A stretch of 64,000 nucleotides of DNA from the human T2T-CHM13v2.0 reference genome, Homo sapiens: NCBI RefSeq assembly GCF_009914755.1, contig NC_060942.1. One strand, written 5' to 3'. This document shows positions 1 through 13,851 of this stretch, in pieces (the first letter of the stretch is position 1; every line of letters begins with the position of its first letter). Both the position numbers and the translations under genes were made by a program. Under the pieces are notes generated by a model, which was not told the DNA's origin, made no database searches, and saw only the letters and a list, made by a program, of their open reading frames with translations.

Positions 1-2287
1 ATTCAATACTTTTAGTGTTTTAAACTGCTATTTCTATTTTTCTGATCACATACTCAGCTGCCTAATTGTTTCACAATGGTAATACCAATTATCCTCTTGT
101 CTTCCAGAAAGAACACAGGGCTGTTGTCCCTACCCTGGGGAGCAGGCAGGTTAACATTAAAAGAAACTTCCAGATCCTCTTCATCCATTTCTCTTAAAGC
201 CCAGATCCTGTTGCCAGTTCTATGAAACCAACAACATGCATTTTCTTTTTTCAGTCCCACCCAAAACACCAAAATCCCAAAATCTTTTCCATGTTAAATG
301 CCACTTCACCATACAAAGCATGGGGAAGGGAGGGATTTGAAGGAAAAACAGAAAATTCCTATTCTGAAGATACTAGAGAAAAATGGAGAAGATAAGAGTC
401 TCCCATCTTCCGTCTCAAGGTTGGCATTGGGGGAAAGAGATGAAGGGAGTAGAGGGAAGAACAGTTCCCTGTCCCAGCCCCACTATCCAATTCTCTCTTG
501 CCTCTTTTCCCCATCTGTTCTCTTTGACCACCCTCATTGCCTTTATTCAATTTTCCTTTGCAGTATTCTCCCCCTTCAGAGAGCTGCAGTGGTCTAAGCT
601 AAGCAATTCTTTAAATCTCTCTTCCTCCATAAATACATAATCACTGAGAGCCTAACACAATAAGATGAACTAATAGCTGCTTATCACTATCAACATCACC
701 ACCACCAGCAACAAAGCACCTCTGCTCTGTATGGCCTGTGGACGAAGCCCAGCCGGTGAAGTTCCACTGCTGTGAGAATGCACTGCCTGGTATTGCTGTC
801 AGAGTGTTTTGACTCTCTTCTCCTCTATGTCACTGCACTTCTTTTCTCCTCCTTTATTTCTGGATGTCCCCTAGATGTCCTTTTTTAGCCTTCCCTCCAC
901 ATTCTCCCCCTCACCTCTACCTTCCTTTTTCTGAGAACATTCATTCTCCCTGCTTCTGCTCCTTGGCCACAGTGGATTGGTCAGGGGTGCAGACTTACCT
1001 CAGGTGAGGCCAGTGTGGCCCATTCCTGGGATCTGAGATCTTGGTATCAAGAAAGAATCATATACAGAATCTAGAGGTTCTAGAATCAACATGATGGTAT
1101 AATCAGATAGGTACAGAGAATCATATAGAATGTGTATAGATATATAGAATATAGATATGTAGACTCATATAGAAACTATAAAATGTAAGGGGTTTGGAGC
1201 TGTTGATAGCCATGTTTCCAATTACTTCTGATTAGAACTGATTGGGTTTTCTCACTCGCAACAAAAAGAATACAAATAAATGCTTCCCTCATGCCAGCCC
1301 CTAAACACAGCTTCAATAAATACCAGCCAGATCATGTTTTATTTCAAGGCTCCATTAGCCAATAAATATAAAGCTGACTACAACTTCTCACTTCCTGAAA
1401 CATGGCCATTCTCATTTTAACGTTCTCATTCAAACATACTGCCAACTAGTATGTTTGGTCAGTTAACACGTTACTCACAAACAGAATCTTCTACATTGAG
1501 GTAATAGGTGTTTCACTCTCTAGTCTTTATGCAGGAAAGAAAACATCTCCTACAAGTGAAGATAATCTTTTTGTCTTTCAAAGGAATCCCACTGAGTTGG
1601 TAACTATATTATATTCAATATTTTTAAAAACAACCTTGTTAATTTTGTTAACCCCCATGTCTAAATTTCCCATGAGCATGCATTATAGGTCATATTTCTA
1701 CAGAGTATACAGCGGAGCTTGCTCTGAACTGAAACGTTGTAGACATGCAGGCTACCAGACAGAAGTCGCAACAAACGAGTTGAGTTCCAGACAATATGGC
1801 TCATTTATCAAAATGTCAGAAGCACAATTAACTCAAACTTTCATGTACCATGAGCCAAGTCTGAAATTCAACTCCTGTGATGGGCTTTACTCTGCTTCTA
1901 ATGTACCACCTATTTCCAACATGGTGCTGGCCCTCAGAGGGCCTGCCAGTTACCCTCTCTTCTTGGGATAGCAGCAAAACAAGGTTCCCTTGTTCTTTGG
2001 GTAGTTGACGCTACAATCTAAACATAACCAATTAGACCAGAAATGCATGCCTGACACAAATATAGCCATCTAACGCAGTATTTCAGAAACATCTAGAGCA
2101 TTTCTTATAAACCAGTCTTGTAGGAACAAGCCCAGAGCTACAGGATCAAATTTCCCAAGAAAGGGTTATGAATTCTGTATTATAAAATACCACCACGTGA
2201 TTCTGATGATAAACCCACAATCAGAACACAAAGGGACATACGAAGTGGCCTGAGACTTCTTCACAACAGGGCTGTGAGGAAGACACC

Positions 2288-2689
2288 TGTCACGCCTCTG
2301 AGCCCAAGCTAAGCCATCATATCCCCTGTGACCTGCACATACACATCCAGATGGTCGGTTCCTGCCTTAACTGATGACATTCCACCACAAAAGAAGTGAA
2401 AATGGCCTGTTCCTGCCTTAACTGATGACATTGTCTTGTGAAATTCCTTCTCCTGGCTCATCCTGGCTCAAAAGCTCCCCCACTGAGTACCTTGTGACCC
2501 CCACTCCTGCCCGCCAGAGAACAACCCCCCTTTTTCCTTTACCTACCCAAATCCTATAAAACAGCCCCACCCATCTCCCTTCACTGACTCTCTTTTCGGA
2601 CTCAGCCCACCTGCACCCAGGTGAAATAAACAGCCATGTTGCTCACACAAAGCCTGTTTGATGGTCTCTTCACACGGACGCGCATGAAA
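2288..2689 (+). promoter_or_regulatory. HERV-H 5' LTR (LTR7 family)
   Basis: Starts TGTCACGCCTCTGAGCCCAAGC; duplicated U3 block GTTCCTGCCTTAACTGATGACATT; TATAAAA box ~2556; AATAAA ~2625; ends CGCATGAAA. Confidence 0.96.
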
Positions 2690-2691
2690 TT

Positions 2692-2709
2692 TGGTGCCGT
2701 GACTCGGAT
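2692..2709 (+). other. Primer binding site complementary to tRNA-His 3' end
   Basis: TGGTGCCGTGACTCGGAT is the reverse complement of the 3' 18 nt of human tRNA-His(GUG)+CCA. Confidence 0.95.
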
Positions 2710-2832
2710 CGGGGGACCTCCCTTGGGAGATCAATCCCCTGTCCTCCTGTTCTTTGCTCTGTGAGAAAGATCCACCTACGACCTCAGGTTCTCAGACCGA
2801 CCAGCCCAAGGAACATCTCACCAATTTTAAAT

Positions 2833-2841
2833 CGGGTAAGC
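2833..2841 (+). promoter_or_regulatory. HERV-H leader splice donor
   Basis: CGG|GTAAGC ~145 nt downstream of the 5' LTR, where the HERV-H major donor lies. Confidence 0.7.
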
Positions 2842-3119
2842 GGCCTCTTCTTACTCTCTTCTCCAACCTCTCTCACTGTCCCTCAACCACTTTCTCCTTT
2901 CCACTCTTCAATCTCTCCCTTCTCTTAATTTCAATTCCTTTCATATTCTGGTAGAGAGAAAAGAGACACGTTTTATCCATGGACCCAAAACTCCAGTGCC
3001 AGTCACAGACTGGGAAGGCAGCCTTCCCTTGGTGTTTAATAATTGCAGGGTCGCCTCTCTGATTATTCACCCATGTTTCAGAGGTGTCAGACCATGCAGG
3101 GACGCCTGCCTTTGTCCTT

Positions 3120-3445
3120 CACCTTTAGCAGCAAGTCCCGCTTTTCTAGGGGAGGGGCAAGTACCTCAACCCCTTCTCTCCATGTCTCTACCCCTTCTCC
3201 GCCTTTCTGGGGGGCAAGAAACCCCCAACCCCTTCTCCATCACTCTTAGTGGCAAGTCCCGCTTTTCTGGGGGAAGGGCAAGTACCCCAACCTTGTATCT
3301 CTGTGCCCCAATCCCTTATTTCCGTGCTCCAACCTCTTATATCTCTGTGCCCTGATCCCTTATTTCCACACCCCAACCTCTTATATCTCTGCACCATGAT
3401 CCCTTATTTCCATGCCCCGACCTCATATCTCTGTGCCCCAACCCC
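3120..3445 (+). repeat. HERV-H leader internal direct repeats
   Basis: GCAAGTCCCGCTTTTCT.GGGGA.GGGCAAGTACC twice; ~40-bp TATCTCTGTGCCC...ATCCCTTATTTCC unit about three times. Confidence 0.8.
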
Positions 3446-4579
3446 TTTCCCACTTTTCTGGAGGGTAAGAACCCCCGAACTGCTTCCCTCCGTGTCTCTA
3501 CTCTCCCTTTTCTTTAAACTTGCCTCCTTCACTATGGGCAGCCTTCCACCCTCCATTCCTCCTTCTTCTCCCTTAGCCTGTGTTCATAAGAACATAAAAC
3601 CTCTTCAACTCTCGCCTGATCTAAAACCTAAATGCCTTATTTTCTTCTACAATGCCGCTTGACCCCAGTACAAACTTGACAGTGATTCTAAATGGCCAGA
3701 AAACGGCACTTTCGATTTCTCCATCTTACAAGACCTAAATAATTTTTTGTCGAAAAATAGGCAAATGGTCTGAGGTGCCTGACGTCCAGGCATTCTTTTA
3801 CACATCGGTCCCTCCCTAGTCTCTGTGCCCAGTGCAACTCGTCCCAAATCTTCCTTCTTTCCCTCCCACCTGTCCCCTCAGTCCCAACCCCAAGCGCCAC
3901 TGAGTCTTTCTAATCTTCCCTTTCTACAGACCCATCTGACCTTTCCCCTCCTCCCCAGGCTGCTCCTCACCAGGCTGAGCTAGGTCCCAATTCTTCCTCA
4001 GCCTCCGCTCCTCCACCCTATAATCCTTTTATCACCTCTCCTCCTCACACCGGGTCCGGCTTACAGTTTCGTTCTGCGACTAGTTCTTCCCCACCTGCCC
4101 AAAAATTTCCTCTTAAAAAGGTGGCTGAAGCTAAAGGCATAGTCAAGGTTAATGCTCCTTTTTCTTTATCCAACCTCTCCCAAATCAGTTAGCATTTAGA
4201 CTTTTTCATCAAATATGAAAAACCCAGCCAAGTTCACGGCTCGTTCGGCAGCAACCCTGAGATGCTTTACAGCCCTAGACCCTAAAAGGTCAATAAGCCG
4301 TCTTCTTCTCAATATACATTTTATTACCCAATCCACTCCTGACATTAAATAAAACTCCAAAAATCAAATTCCAGCCCTCAAACCCCACAACAGGACTTAA
4401 TTAACCTCATCTTCAAGGTGTACAATAATAGAGGCAGCCAAGTAGCAACGTATTTCTGAGTTGCAATTCCCTGCCTCCACTGTGAGACAAACCCCAGCCA
4501 CATCTCCAGCACACGAGAACTCCAAATGCCTGAACCGCAGCTGCCAGGGGTACCTCCAGAATCTCCTCCCCCAGGAGCT

Positions 4580-4621
4580 TGCTACAAGTGCCAGAAATCT
4601 GGCCACTGGGCCAAGGAATGC
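4580..4621 (+). pseudogene. gag: HERV-H gag nucleocapsid CCHC zinc knuckle remnant
   Basis: Translates CYKCQKSGHWAKEC; the second knuckle is broken by TGA at 4673. Confidence 0.9.
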
Positions 4622-4774
4622 CCACAGCCCCGGATTCCTCCTAAGCCACATCCCATCTGTGTGGGACCCCACTGAAAATCAGACTGTTCAACTCACCTGG
4701 CAGCCACTCCCAGAGCCCCTGAACTCTGGCCCAAGGCTCTCTGACTGACTGCTTCCCAGATCTCGGCTTAGCAG

Positions 4775-4996
4775 TTGAAGACTGACACTGCCCGATCGCC
4801 TCCGAAGCCTACAGGACCATCACAGACGCTCTGGGTAACTATCACAGTGGAGGGTAAGTCCATCCCCTTCTTAATCAATATGGAGGCTACCCAATCCACA
4901 TTACCTTCTTTTCAAGGGCCTGTTTCCTTTGCCTCCATAACTGTTGTGGGTATTGACGGCCAGGCTTTTAAATCTCTTAAAACTCCCCAACTCTAG
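4775..4996 (+). pseudogene. pro: HERV-H protease remnant (inactive)
   Basis: TITVEGKSIPFLINMEAT, where the catalytic DTGA has become NMEA; ends at TAG 4994. Confidence 0.85.
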
Positions 4997-5227
4997 TGCC
5001 AACTTAGACAATACTCTTTTAAGCACTCCTTTTTAGTTATCCACACCTGCCCAGTTCCCTTATTAGGCCGAGACACTTTGACTAAATTATCTGCTTCCCT
5101 GACTATTCCTAGGCTACAGCCACACCTCATTGCTGCCTTTTCCCCCAGTTCAAAGCCTCCTTCACATCCTCCCCTTGTATCTCCCCACCTTAACCCACAA
5201 GTATAGGACACCTCTACTCCCTCCTTA

Positions 5228-7520
5228 GTGACCGATCATGCACCCCTTACCATCCCATTAAAACCTAATCACCCTTACCCCGCTCAACGCCAATATCCCA
5301 TCCCACAGCATGCTTTAAAAGGATTAAAGCCTGTTATCACTGGCCTGCTACAGCATGGGCTTCTAAAACCTATAAACTCTCCTTACAATTCCCCCATTTT
5401 ACCTGTCCAAAAACCGGACAAGTCTTACAGATTAGTTCAGGATCTGCGCCTTATCAACGAAATTGTTTTGCCTATCTACCTCATGGTGCCAAACCCATAC
5501 ACTCTCCTATCCTCAGTACCTCCCTCTACAACCCATTATTCTGTTCTAGATCTCAAACATGCTTTCTTTACTATTCCTTTGCACCCTCATCCCAGCCTCT
5601 CTTCACTTTCACTTCGACTGACCCTGACACCCATCAGGCTCAGCAAATTACCTGGGCTGTACTGCCGCAAGGCTTCACAGGCAGCCCCCATTACTTCAGT
5701 CAAGCCCAAATTTCATCCTCATCTGTTACCTATCTCAGCATAATTCGTCATAAAATCACAGGTGCTCTCCCTGCTGATCGTGTCCAATTAATCTCCCAAA
5801 CCTCAATCCCTTACAAAACAACAACTCCTTTCCTTCCTAGGCATGGTTAATGTGGTCAGAATTCTTACACAAGAGCCAGGACTGCACCCTATAGCCTTTC
5901 TGTCCAAACAACTTGACCTTACTGTTTTAGCCTAGCCCTCATGTCTGCGTGCAGCGGCTGCTGCTGCTTTAATACTTTTAGAGGCCCTAAAAATCACAAA
6001 CTATGCTCAACTCACTCTCTACATTTCTCATAACTTCCAAAATCTATTCGCTTCCTCACACCTGACATATATACTTTCTGCTCCCCAGCTCCTTCAGCTA
6101 TACTCACTCTTTGTTGAGTCTCCCACAATTACCATTGTTCCTGGCCCGGACTTCAACCCTGCCTCCCACATCATTCCAGATACCACACCTGACCCTCATG
6201 ACGGCATCTCTCTGATCCACCTGACATTCACCCCATTTACCCACATTTCCCTCTTCCCTGTTTCTCACCCTGATCACACTTGGTTTATTGATGGCAGTTC
6301 CACCAGGCCTAATCGCCACTCACCAGCAAAGGCAGGCTATGCTATAGTATCTTCCACATCTATCCTTGAGGCTACCGTTCTTCCCTCCTCCACTACCTCT
6401 CAGCAAACCGAACTAGTTGCCTTAACTCAAGCCCTCACTCTTGCAAAAGGACTACGCGTCAATATCTATACTGATTCTAAATATGCCTTTCATATTCTGC
6501 ACCACCATGCTGTTACATGGGCTGAAAGAGGTTTCCTCACTATGCAAGGGTCCTCCATCATTAATGCCTCTTTAATAAAAACTCTACTCAAGGCTGCTTT
6601 ACTTCCAAAGGAAGCTGGGGTCATTCACTGCAAGGGGCATCAAAAGGTGTCAGATCCCATTGCTCCAGGCAACGCTTATGCTGATAAAGTGGCTAGACAA
6701 GCAGCTAGCTCTCCAACTTCTGTACCTCATGGCCAGTTTTTCTCCTTCACATCGGTCACTCCCACCTACTCCCCTGCTGAAACTTCTACCTATCAATCTC
6801 TTCCCACACAAGGCAAATGGTTCTTAGACCAAGGAAAATATCTCCTTCCAGCCTCACAGGCCCATTCTATTCTGTTGTCATTTCATAACCTCTTCCATTT
6901 AGGTTATAAGCCACTAGCTCGTCTCTTAGAACTTCTCATTTCCTTTCCATCATGGAAATCTATCCTCAAGGAGATCACTTCTCAGTGTTCCATCTGCTAT
7001 TCTACCACCCCTCAGGGGTTGTTCAGGCCCCCTCCCTTTCCTACACATCAAGCTCTGGGATTTGCCCCTGCCCAGGACTGGCTAATTGACTTTACTCACA
7101 TGCCTTGAGTCAGAAAACTAAAATACCTCTGGTCTGGGTAGACACTTTCACTGGATAGGTAGAGGCCTTTCCCACAGGGTCGGAGAAGGCCACCGAGGTC
7201 ATTTCTTCCCTTCTGTCAGATATAATTCCTTGGTTTGGCCTTCCCACCTCTATACAGTCTGATAACGGACCAGCCTTTACTACTCAAATCACCCAAGCAG
7301 TTTCTCAGGCTCTTGGTATTCAGTGAAACCTTTATATCCCTTACAGTCCTGAGTCTTCAGGAAAGGTAGAACGGACTAATGGTCTTTTAAAGACACACCT
7401 CACCAAGCTCAGCCACCAACTTAAAAAGGACTGGACAATACTTTTACCACTTTCCCTTTTCAGAAGTCAGACCTGTCCTCAGAATGCTACAAGGTACAGC
7501 CCATTTAAGCTCCTGTATAG
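5228..7520 (+). pseudogene. pol: HERV-H pol remnant (RT with frameshift and deleted YxDD, RNase H, integrase)
   Basis: RT motifs PYNSPILPV, YRLVQDLR, VLDLKHAFF, LPQGF; RNase H WFIDGS/QQTEL/IYTDSKY/ADK; IN H-H-C-C and DWLIDF; stops at 5933, 7106, 7156, 7324. Confidence 0.93.
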
Positions 7521-8160
7521 ACGCTCCTTTTTATTAGGCCCCAGTCTCATTCCAGACACCAGACCAACTTAGACTGTGCCCCCAAAAAACCTGTTATCCC
7601 TACTATCTTCTGTCTAGTCATACTCCTATTCACCGTTCTCAACTACTCATACATGCCCTGCTCTTGTTTACACTGCCGGTTTACACTGTTTCTCCAAGCC
7701 ATCACAGCTGATATCTCCTCGTGCTATCCCCAAACTGCCACTCTTAACTCTTGAAGTAAATAAATAATCTTTGCTGGCAGGACTACGCTGAATCTCCTCA
7801 GGCACTCTCTAATCAGATGTCCTGAGTCATCCCAATTCTTAGAGCTTTTATAGCTGTTTTTCTCCTTCTCTTATTCCATTTAGTTTTTCAATTCATACAA
7901 AACTGTATCCAGGCCATCACAAATAATTCTAAATGACAAATGTTCCTTCTAACAACTCCACAATATCACCGCTTACCACAAAATCTTCCTTCAGTTTAAT
8001 CTCTCCCACTCTAGGTTCCCACGCCGCCCCTAATCCCGCTCGAAGCAGCCCTGAGAAACATTGCCCATTATCTCTCCATACCACCCCCCAAAATTTTCAC
8101 CGTCCCAACACTTTACCACTATTTCATTTTATTTTTCTTATTAATATAAGAAGACAGGAA

Positions 8161-8563
8161 TGTCAGGCCTCTGAGCCCAAGCTAAGCCATCATATCCTCT
8201 GTGACCTGCACATACACATCCAGATGGTCGGTTCCTGCCTTAACTGATGACATTCCACCACAAAAGAAGTGAAAATGGCCTGTTCCTGCCTTAACTGATG
8301 ACATTGTCTTGTGAAATTCCTTCTCCTGGCTCATCCTGTCTCAAAAGCTCCCCCACTGAGTACCTTGTGACCCCCCACTCCTGCCCACCAGAGAACAACC
8401 CCCCTTTTTCCTTTACCTACCCAAATCCTATAAAACAGCCCCACCCCTATCTCCCTTCACTGACTCTTTTCGGAATCAGCCCACCTGCACCCAGGTGAAA
8501 TAAACAGCCATGTTGCTCACACAAAGCCTGTTTGGTGGTCTCTTCGCATGGATGTGCATGAAA
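8161..8563 (+). promoter_or_regulatory. HERV-H 3' LTR (LTR7 family)
   Basis: Direct repeat of 2288-2689 with about 10 substitutions and 3 small indels by hand count. Confidence 0.96.
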
Positions 8564-8574
8564 ACCCCCCATCA

Positions 8575-9987
<1,413 letters not shown>

Positions 9988-10457
9988 CAACTGTAAACTC
10001 ATAGGTAGAGACCACGGGAAAGATAGAAATTTAAGCAAAGGCAGTATTACCTAGATTCATTAGAGGGATTGGCAGCAGAAACAGCACTAAAATGGAAGTA
10101 CCATTAGAACCCGAAGCGATGGTGGAGCAGTAGACAGACGAGCTGCCGATGTGATACCCGGATGCAAAATGGCGTGCTAGGTCCACAGTATTGAAAGCTC
10201 AGTAACTGGGATGGTTTCTTCTGCTTCTTGACTTTCCTTTGGTTTCCTATGATAAACTCCCATCACCTGAGATACCCTAAAAGACCTAATTCACTCACTG
10301 GTTTTACTTCTTGAAAAAGAAGAAAGGATTTTTAGAGGAGCGTGCCCTTTCAAGGGCCATAGCAAAGGCTTCTGAAGCATGATTTCAGTCATTACACTAA
10401 CTGAGGTGAACAGATAATGTATGACATCTATTAACTTACAAAAGCAACACTGTGCTG

Positions 10458-10493
10458 GTGTGTGTGTGTGTGTGTGTGCGCGCATGTGTGTGC
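10458..10493. repeat. (TG)n/(CG)n alternating purine-pyrimidine tract
   Basis: GTGTGTGTGTGTGTGTGTGTGCGCGCATGTGTGTGC. Confidence 0.9.
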
Positions 10494-10779
10494 TCACCTT
10501 ACTCTATACAAGTAATAAATCTCTGGCTTTGACAGAAAACTAGGAAGAGATTTATTTCTGAGAATTAAACGCTTTAGAACAGTTCCTTGAAAGCAACGAA
10601 CCAGCCCAGGTAAATACCATTTATGAAGACTCCTGGGAGTGACAGCCAGGCTTAGTCTGGCAACACCTGGGCTCTCTCTTTTGAAAAAATTTAACATTAA
10701 ATTTACATAAGCAGGCTAATCTCTTAACATTCAAAATGGCAACAGTATAAAAGCTACTATAAGAAAATTTAACAGGTGA

Positions 10780-12151
10780 CAGAACAGAGCCCTCAGAAAT
10801 AGTACCACACATCTACAACCATCTGATCTTTGACAAACCTGACAAAAACAAGAAATGGGGAAAGGATTCCCTATTTAATAAATGGTACTGGGGAAACTGG
10901 CTAGCCATATGTAGAAAGCTGAAACTGGATCCCTTCCTTACACCTTATACAAAAATTAACTCAAGATGGATTAAAGACTTAAATTTAGACCTAAAACCAT
11001 AAAAACCCTAGAAGAAAACCTAGGCATTACCATTCAGGACATAGGCATGGACAAGGACTTCATGACTAAAACACCAAAAGCAATGGCAACGAAAGCCAAA
11101 ATACACAAATGGGGATCTAATTAAACTAAAGAGCTTCCGCACAGCAAAAGAAACTACCATCAGAGTGAACAGGCAACCTACAGAATGGGAGAAAATTTTT
11201 GCAATCTACTCATCTGACAAAGGGCTAATATCCAGAATCTACAAAGAACTTAAACAAATTTACAAGAAAAAATCAAACAACCCCATCAAAAAGTGGGCGA
11301 AGGATATGAACATATACTTCTCAAAAGAAGACATTTATGCAGCCAACAGACACATGAAAAAATGCTCATCATCACTGGCCATCAGAGAAATGCAAATCAA
11401 AACCACAATGAGATACCATCTCACACCAGTTAGAATGGCCATCATTAAAAAGTCAGGAAACAACAGGTGCTGGAGAGGATGTGGAGAAATAGGAACACTT
11501 TTACACTGTTGGTGGGAGTGTAAACTAGTTCAACCATTGTGGAAGACAGTGTGGCAATTCCTCAGGGATCTAGAACTAGAAATACCATTTGACCCAGCCA
11601 TCCCATTACTGGGTATATACCCAAAGGATATAAATCATGCTGCTATAAAGACACATGCACATGTATGTTTATTGCAGCACTATCCACAATAGCAAAGACT
11701 AGGAACCAACCCAAATGTCCATCAATGATAGACTGGATTAAGAAGATGTGGCACATATACACCATGGAATACTATGCAGCCATTAAAAAAGGATGAGTTC
11801 ATGTCCTTTGTAAGGATATGGATGAAGCCGGAAAGCATCATTCTCAGGAAACTATAGGAAGGACAAAAAACCAAACACTGCATGTTCTTACTCATAGGTG
11901 GGAACTGAACAATGAGAACACTTGGACACAGCAAGGGGAACGTCACACACCGGGGCCTGTCATGGGTTGCGGGGAGGGGGGAGGGATAGCATTAGGAGAT
12001 ATACCTAATGTAAATGACGAGTTAATGGGTGCAGCACACCAACATGGCACATGTATATACATATGTAGCAAATCTGCACATTGTGCACATGTGCCCTAGA
12101 ACTTAAAGTATAATAAAAATAAATAAATAAACAAAAAATTAAAATTAAAAA
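10780..12151 (+). mobile_element. 5'-truncated L1PA (3' ORF2 + 3'UTR + A tail)
   Basis: ORF2 C-terminal peptide with CWRGC...HCWWEC motif (ORF 11165-11692); 19-bp TSD AAGAAAATTTAACAGGTGA (10761-10779/12152-12170). Confidence 0.96.
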
Positions 12152-13851
12152 AAGAAAATTTAACAGGTGAAAATGTGAACTTAATTTAAATTAACAAATT
12201 GAGAGCTTCCTTTGTATAAAATTTTATTAGTGGGACATTGTTTTGATCATTACAAATAATTTTAATTTTCAAAGTAGCTCTTTTTATGGATCACTAACTA
12301 AATATACACATATGTGTATTTTAATGTTATAAACTAGGAAGTATCACACACACATGACATTTTCTAATGCACAAATGGAGAACATGTAATTTTAAATCCC
12401 AACCCTACAATCACTTAGAAGTTAATATAAATCAGAGTTTAATTTTTTCAATTAAGATCAGCTTTTCTTTCTTTTTAAAATGGTATGTTTCCTATCATAC
12501 CATTCCATCCCAGAAAAAAATAAAAGAAATAATTAAAAATACTACAAAATATGAGAGTTGTGATATCCCTGTCATAAATAAGGGACTAACGGTAAAACTG
12601 ATTTTCCTGCAAAGAGTTAAAAATCCTTTATAATATCACACCATCTCATAAGGGGGAACGGTTACACTAAATATAGAACGTCTTGAATGCCTGCAAAGCC
12701 AAAATGGTGAATAATAAAAAGGAAATAAGCTGTGAACCAGGTATCAGCCTCCTCAAAGAGAAAAGTTTGTGTGAATATTGGGAACCCTAGAATTGCTTTA
12801 TCAGTCATCTGAGGACATCCAGACTGCAGAACAATTGTCTTGATCTGCAAATAATTTCTGCTTATCATCAGACGGTTGTGGTGTAATACCAAGAAATAAA
12901 TGTCTAGCACAGACTTTCTGTTTATGATGTTACACTAGAGGATGTATGTAAAAATGGTTTCTGAGGCTATCCTTACTCCTTGGCTCTTGGCTAGCAATCT
13001 TAACAATTTCTTGATATGACACTTTTTTTCCTTTAAGATTTTACTCTAAGGATAATTTTCCAAGTGGGTTGCATTCTGAAATTGTTTTGTTACTCTTAAC
13101 ATTACTCAAAAAAAAAGCTTCTCAGATGTGCAAAGGTATTTTCAAGGGATATAATGGCTGCTTTCTGTTGGGACATAATTCTTCATGAAGCTCTTGCGTT
13201 TCTGCATCTCTTGTGAGCCAAAGCATTAACTTCCATTTTGTTTCAGACTACCTTTTCCTGGATGTTTGTGTCAGCCTTGGAAGGTTGAGATCTGTCTCTC
13301 TCTAAAACTGACAGTTGGTTGCTTCCTGTCCAGTATAACAAAGCTAATATATCCCCCTACAGTGAAGGTCAGGCAGGTTTGCTTGCAGCCCTCTATAATA
13401 GATATTCTATAAATATTTTAGAAACCAAAGTTTGAATCTATGTTGCCCCATAATCAGCCAGTGAAAGCCCATTGAGACAAATGGAACAATGAAGACTGAA
13501 ATTTAAACTTTTGTTTCAATGTGGAAATTTTGCTATTTGGGCAATTTCACTCATTTAGAAAACAGACTGTAGTTGGTGTCCTTGTTAACCCCAAGTCTTT
13601 GCTTAATTATTATTCAGTGCTGCAGCTTATAGTATTAGCTGTGATTTGGGGCCTTAAGGAAGGGCTTAGATTGGCCACAGTCAGGACAAAGCAGCATGAA
13701 AAAAGCTGTGGCCAAAGAGAAGCCTGTTACCTGCCAGTGGCCAGAGGTGACCCTGGAAGCCAGCACAGCCGCTGCCCAGACAAGAACAACCAGGACGGCT
13801 GTGAGTATCCTGGTGGATGATGAGGGGAACCTGGTCAAAGACTAGACTTCT

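Larger units (their letters stand above)
2288..8563 (+). mobile_element. HERV-H provirus, common deleted type (~6.3 kb; LTR-gag-pro-pol remnants-LTR, env largely absent)
   Basis: Two ~402-bp near-identical LTRs (TGTCA...CATGAAA), tRNA-His PBS, polypurine tract 8148-8160, gag/pro/RT/RNaseH/IN motifs, 5-bp TSD ACACC (2283-2287)/ACCCC (8564-8568) with 1 mismatch. Confidence 0.97.

Noticed and set aside
1597-1971. 124-aa ORF in non-repeat-looking DNA
   Set aside because: TTG start, no recognisable motif, no splice context; length compatible with chance
2692-2709. tRNA-His-matching sequence
   Set aside because: It is an 18-nt retroviral PBS, not a tRNA gene
3290-3445. ~40-bp periodic repeats that could suggest a CRISPR-like array
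   Set aside because: No unique spacers; these are ordinary HERV-H leader tandem repeats in a primate genome
7570-8160. Possible HERV-H env gene
   Set aside because: Only ~600 bp lie between IN and the 3' LTR, with no env ORF; typical env-deleted form
11165-11692. 175-aa ORF with a Cys/His motif
   Set aside because: It is the L1 ORF2 C-terminus of a truncated, frameshifted copy, not a host gene
13165-13830. Possible additional LTR or ERV fragment and ORF 13521-13820
   Set aside because: I could not define ends, TSD or family with confidence
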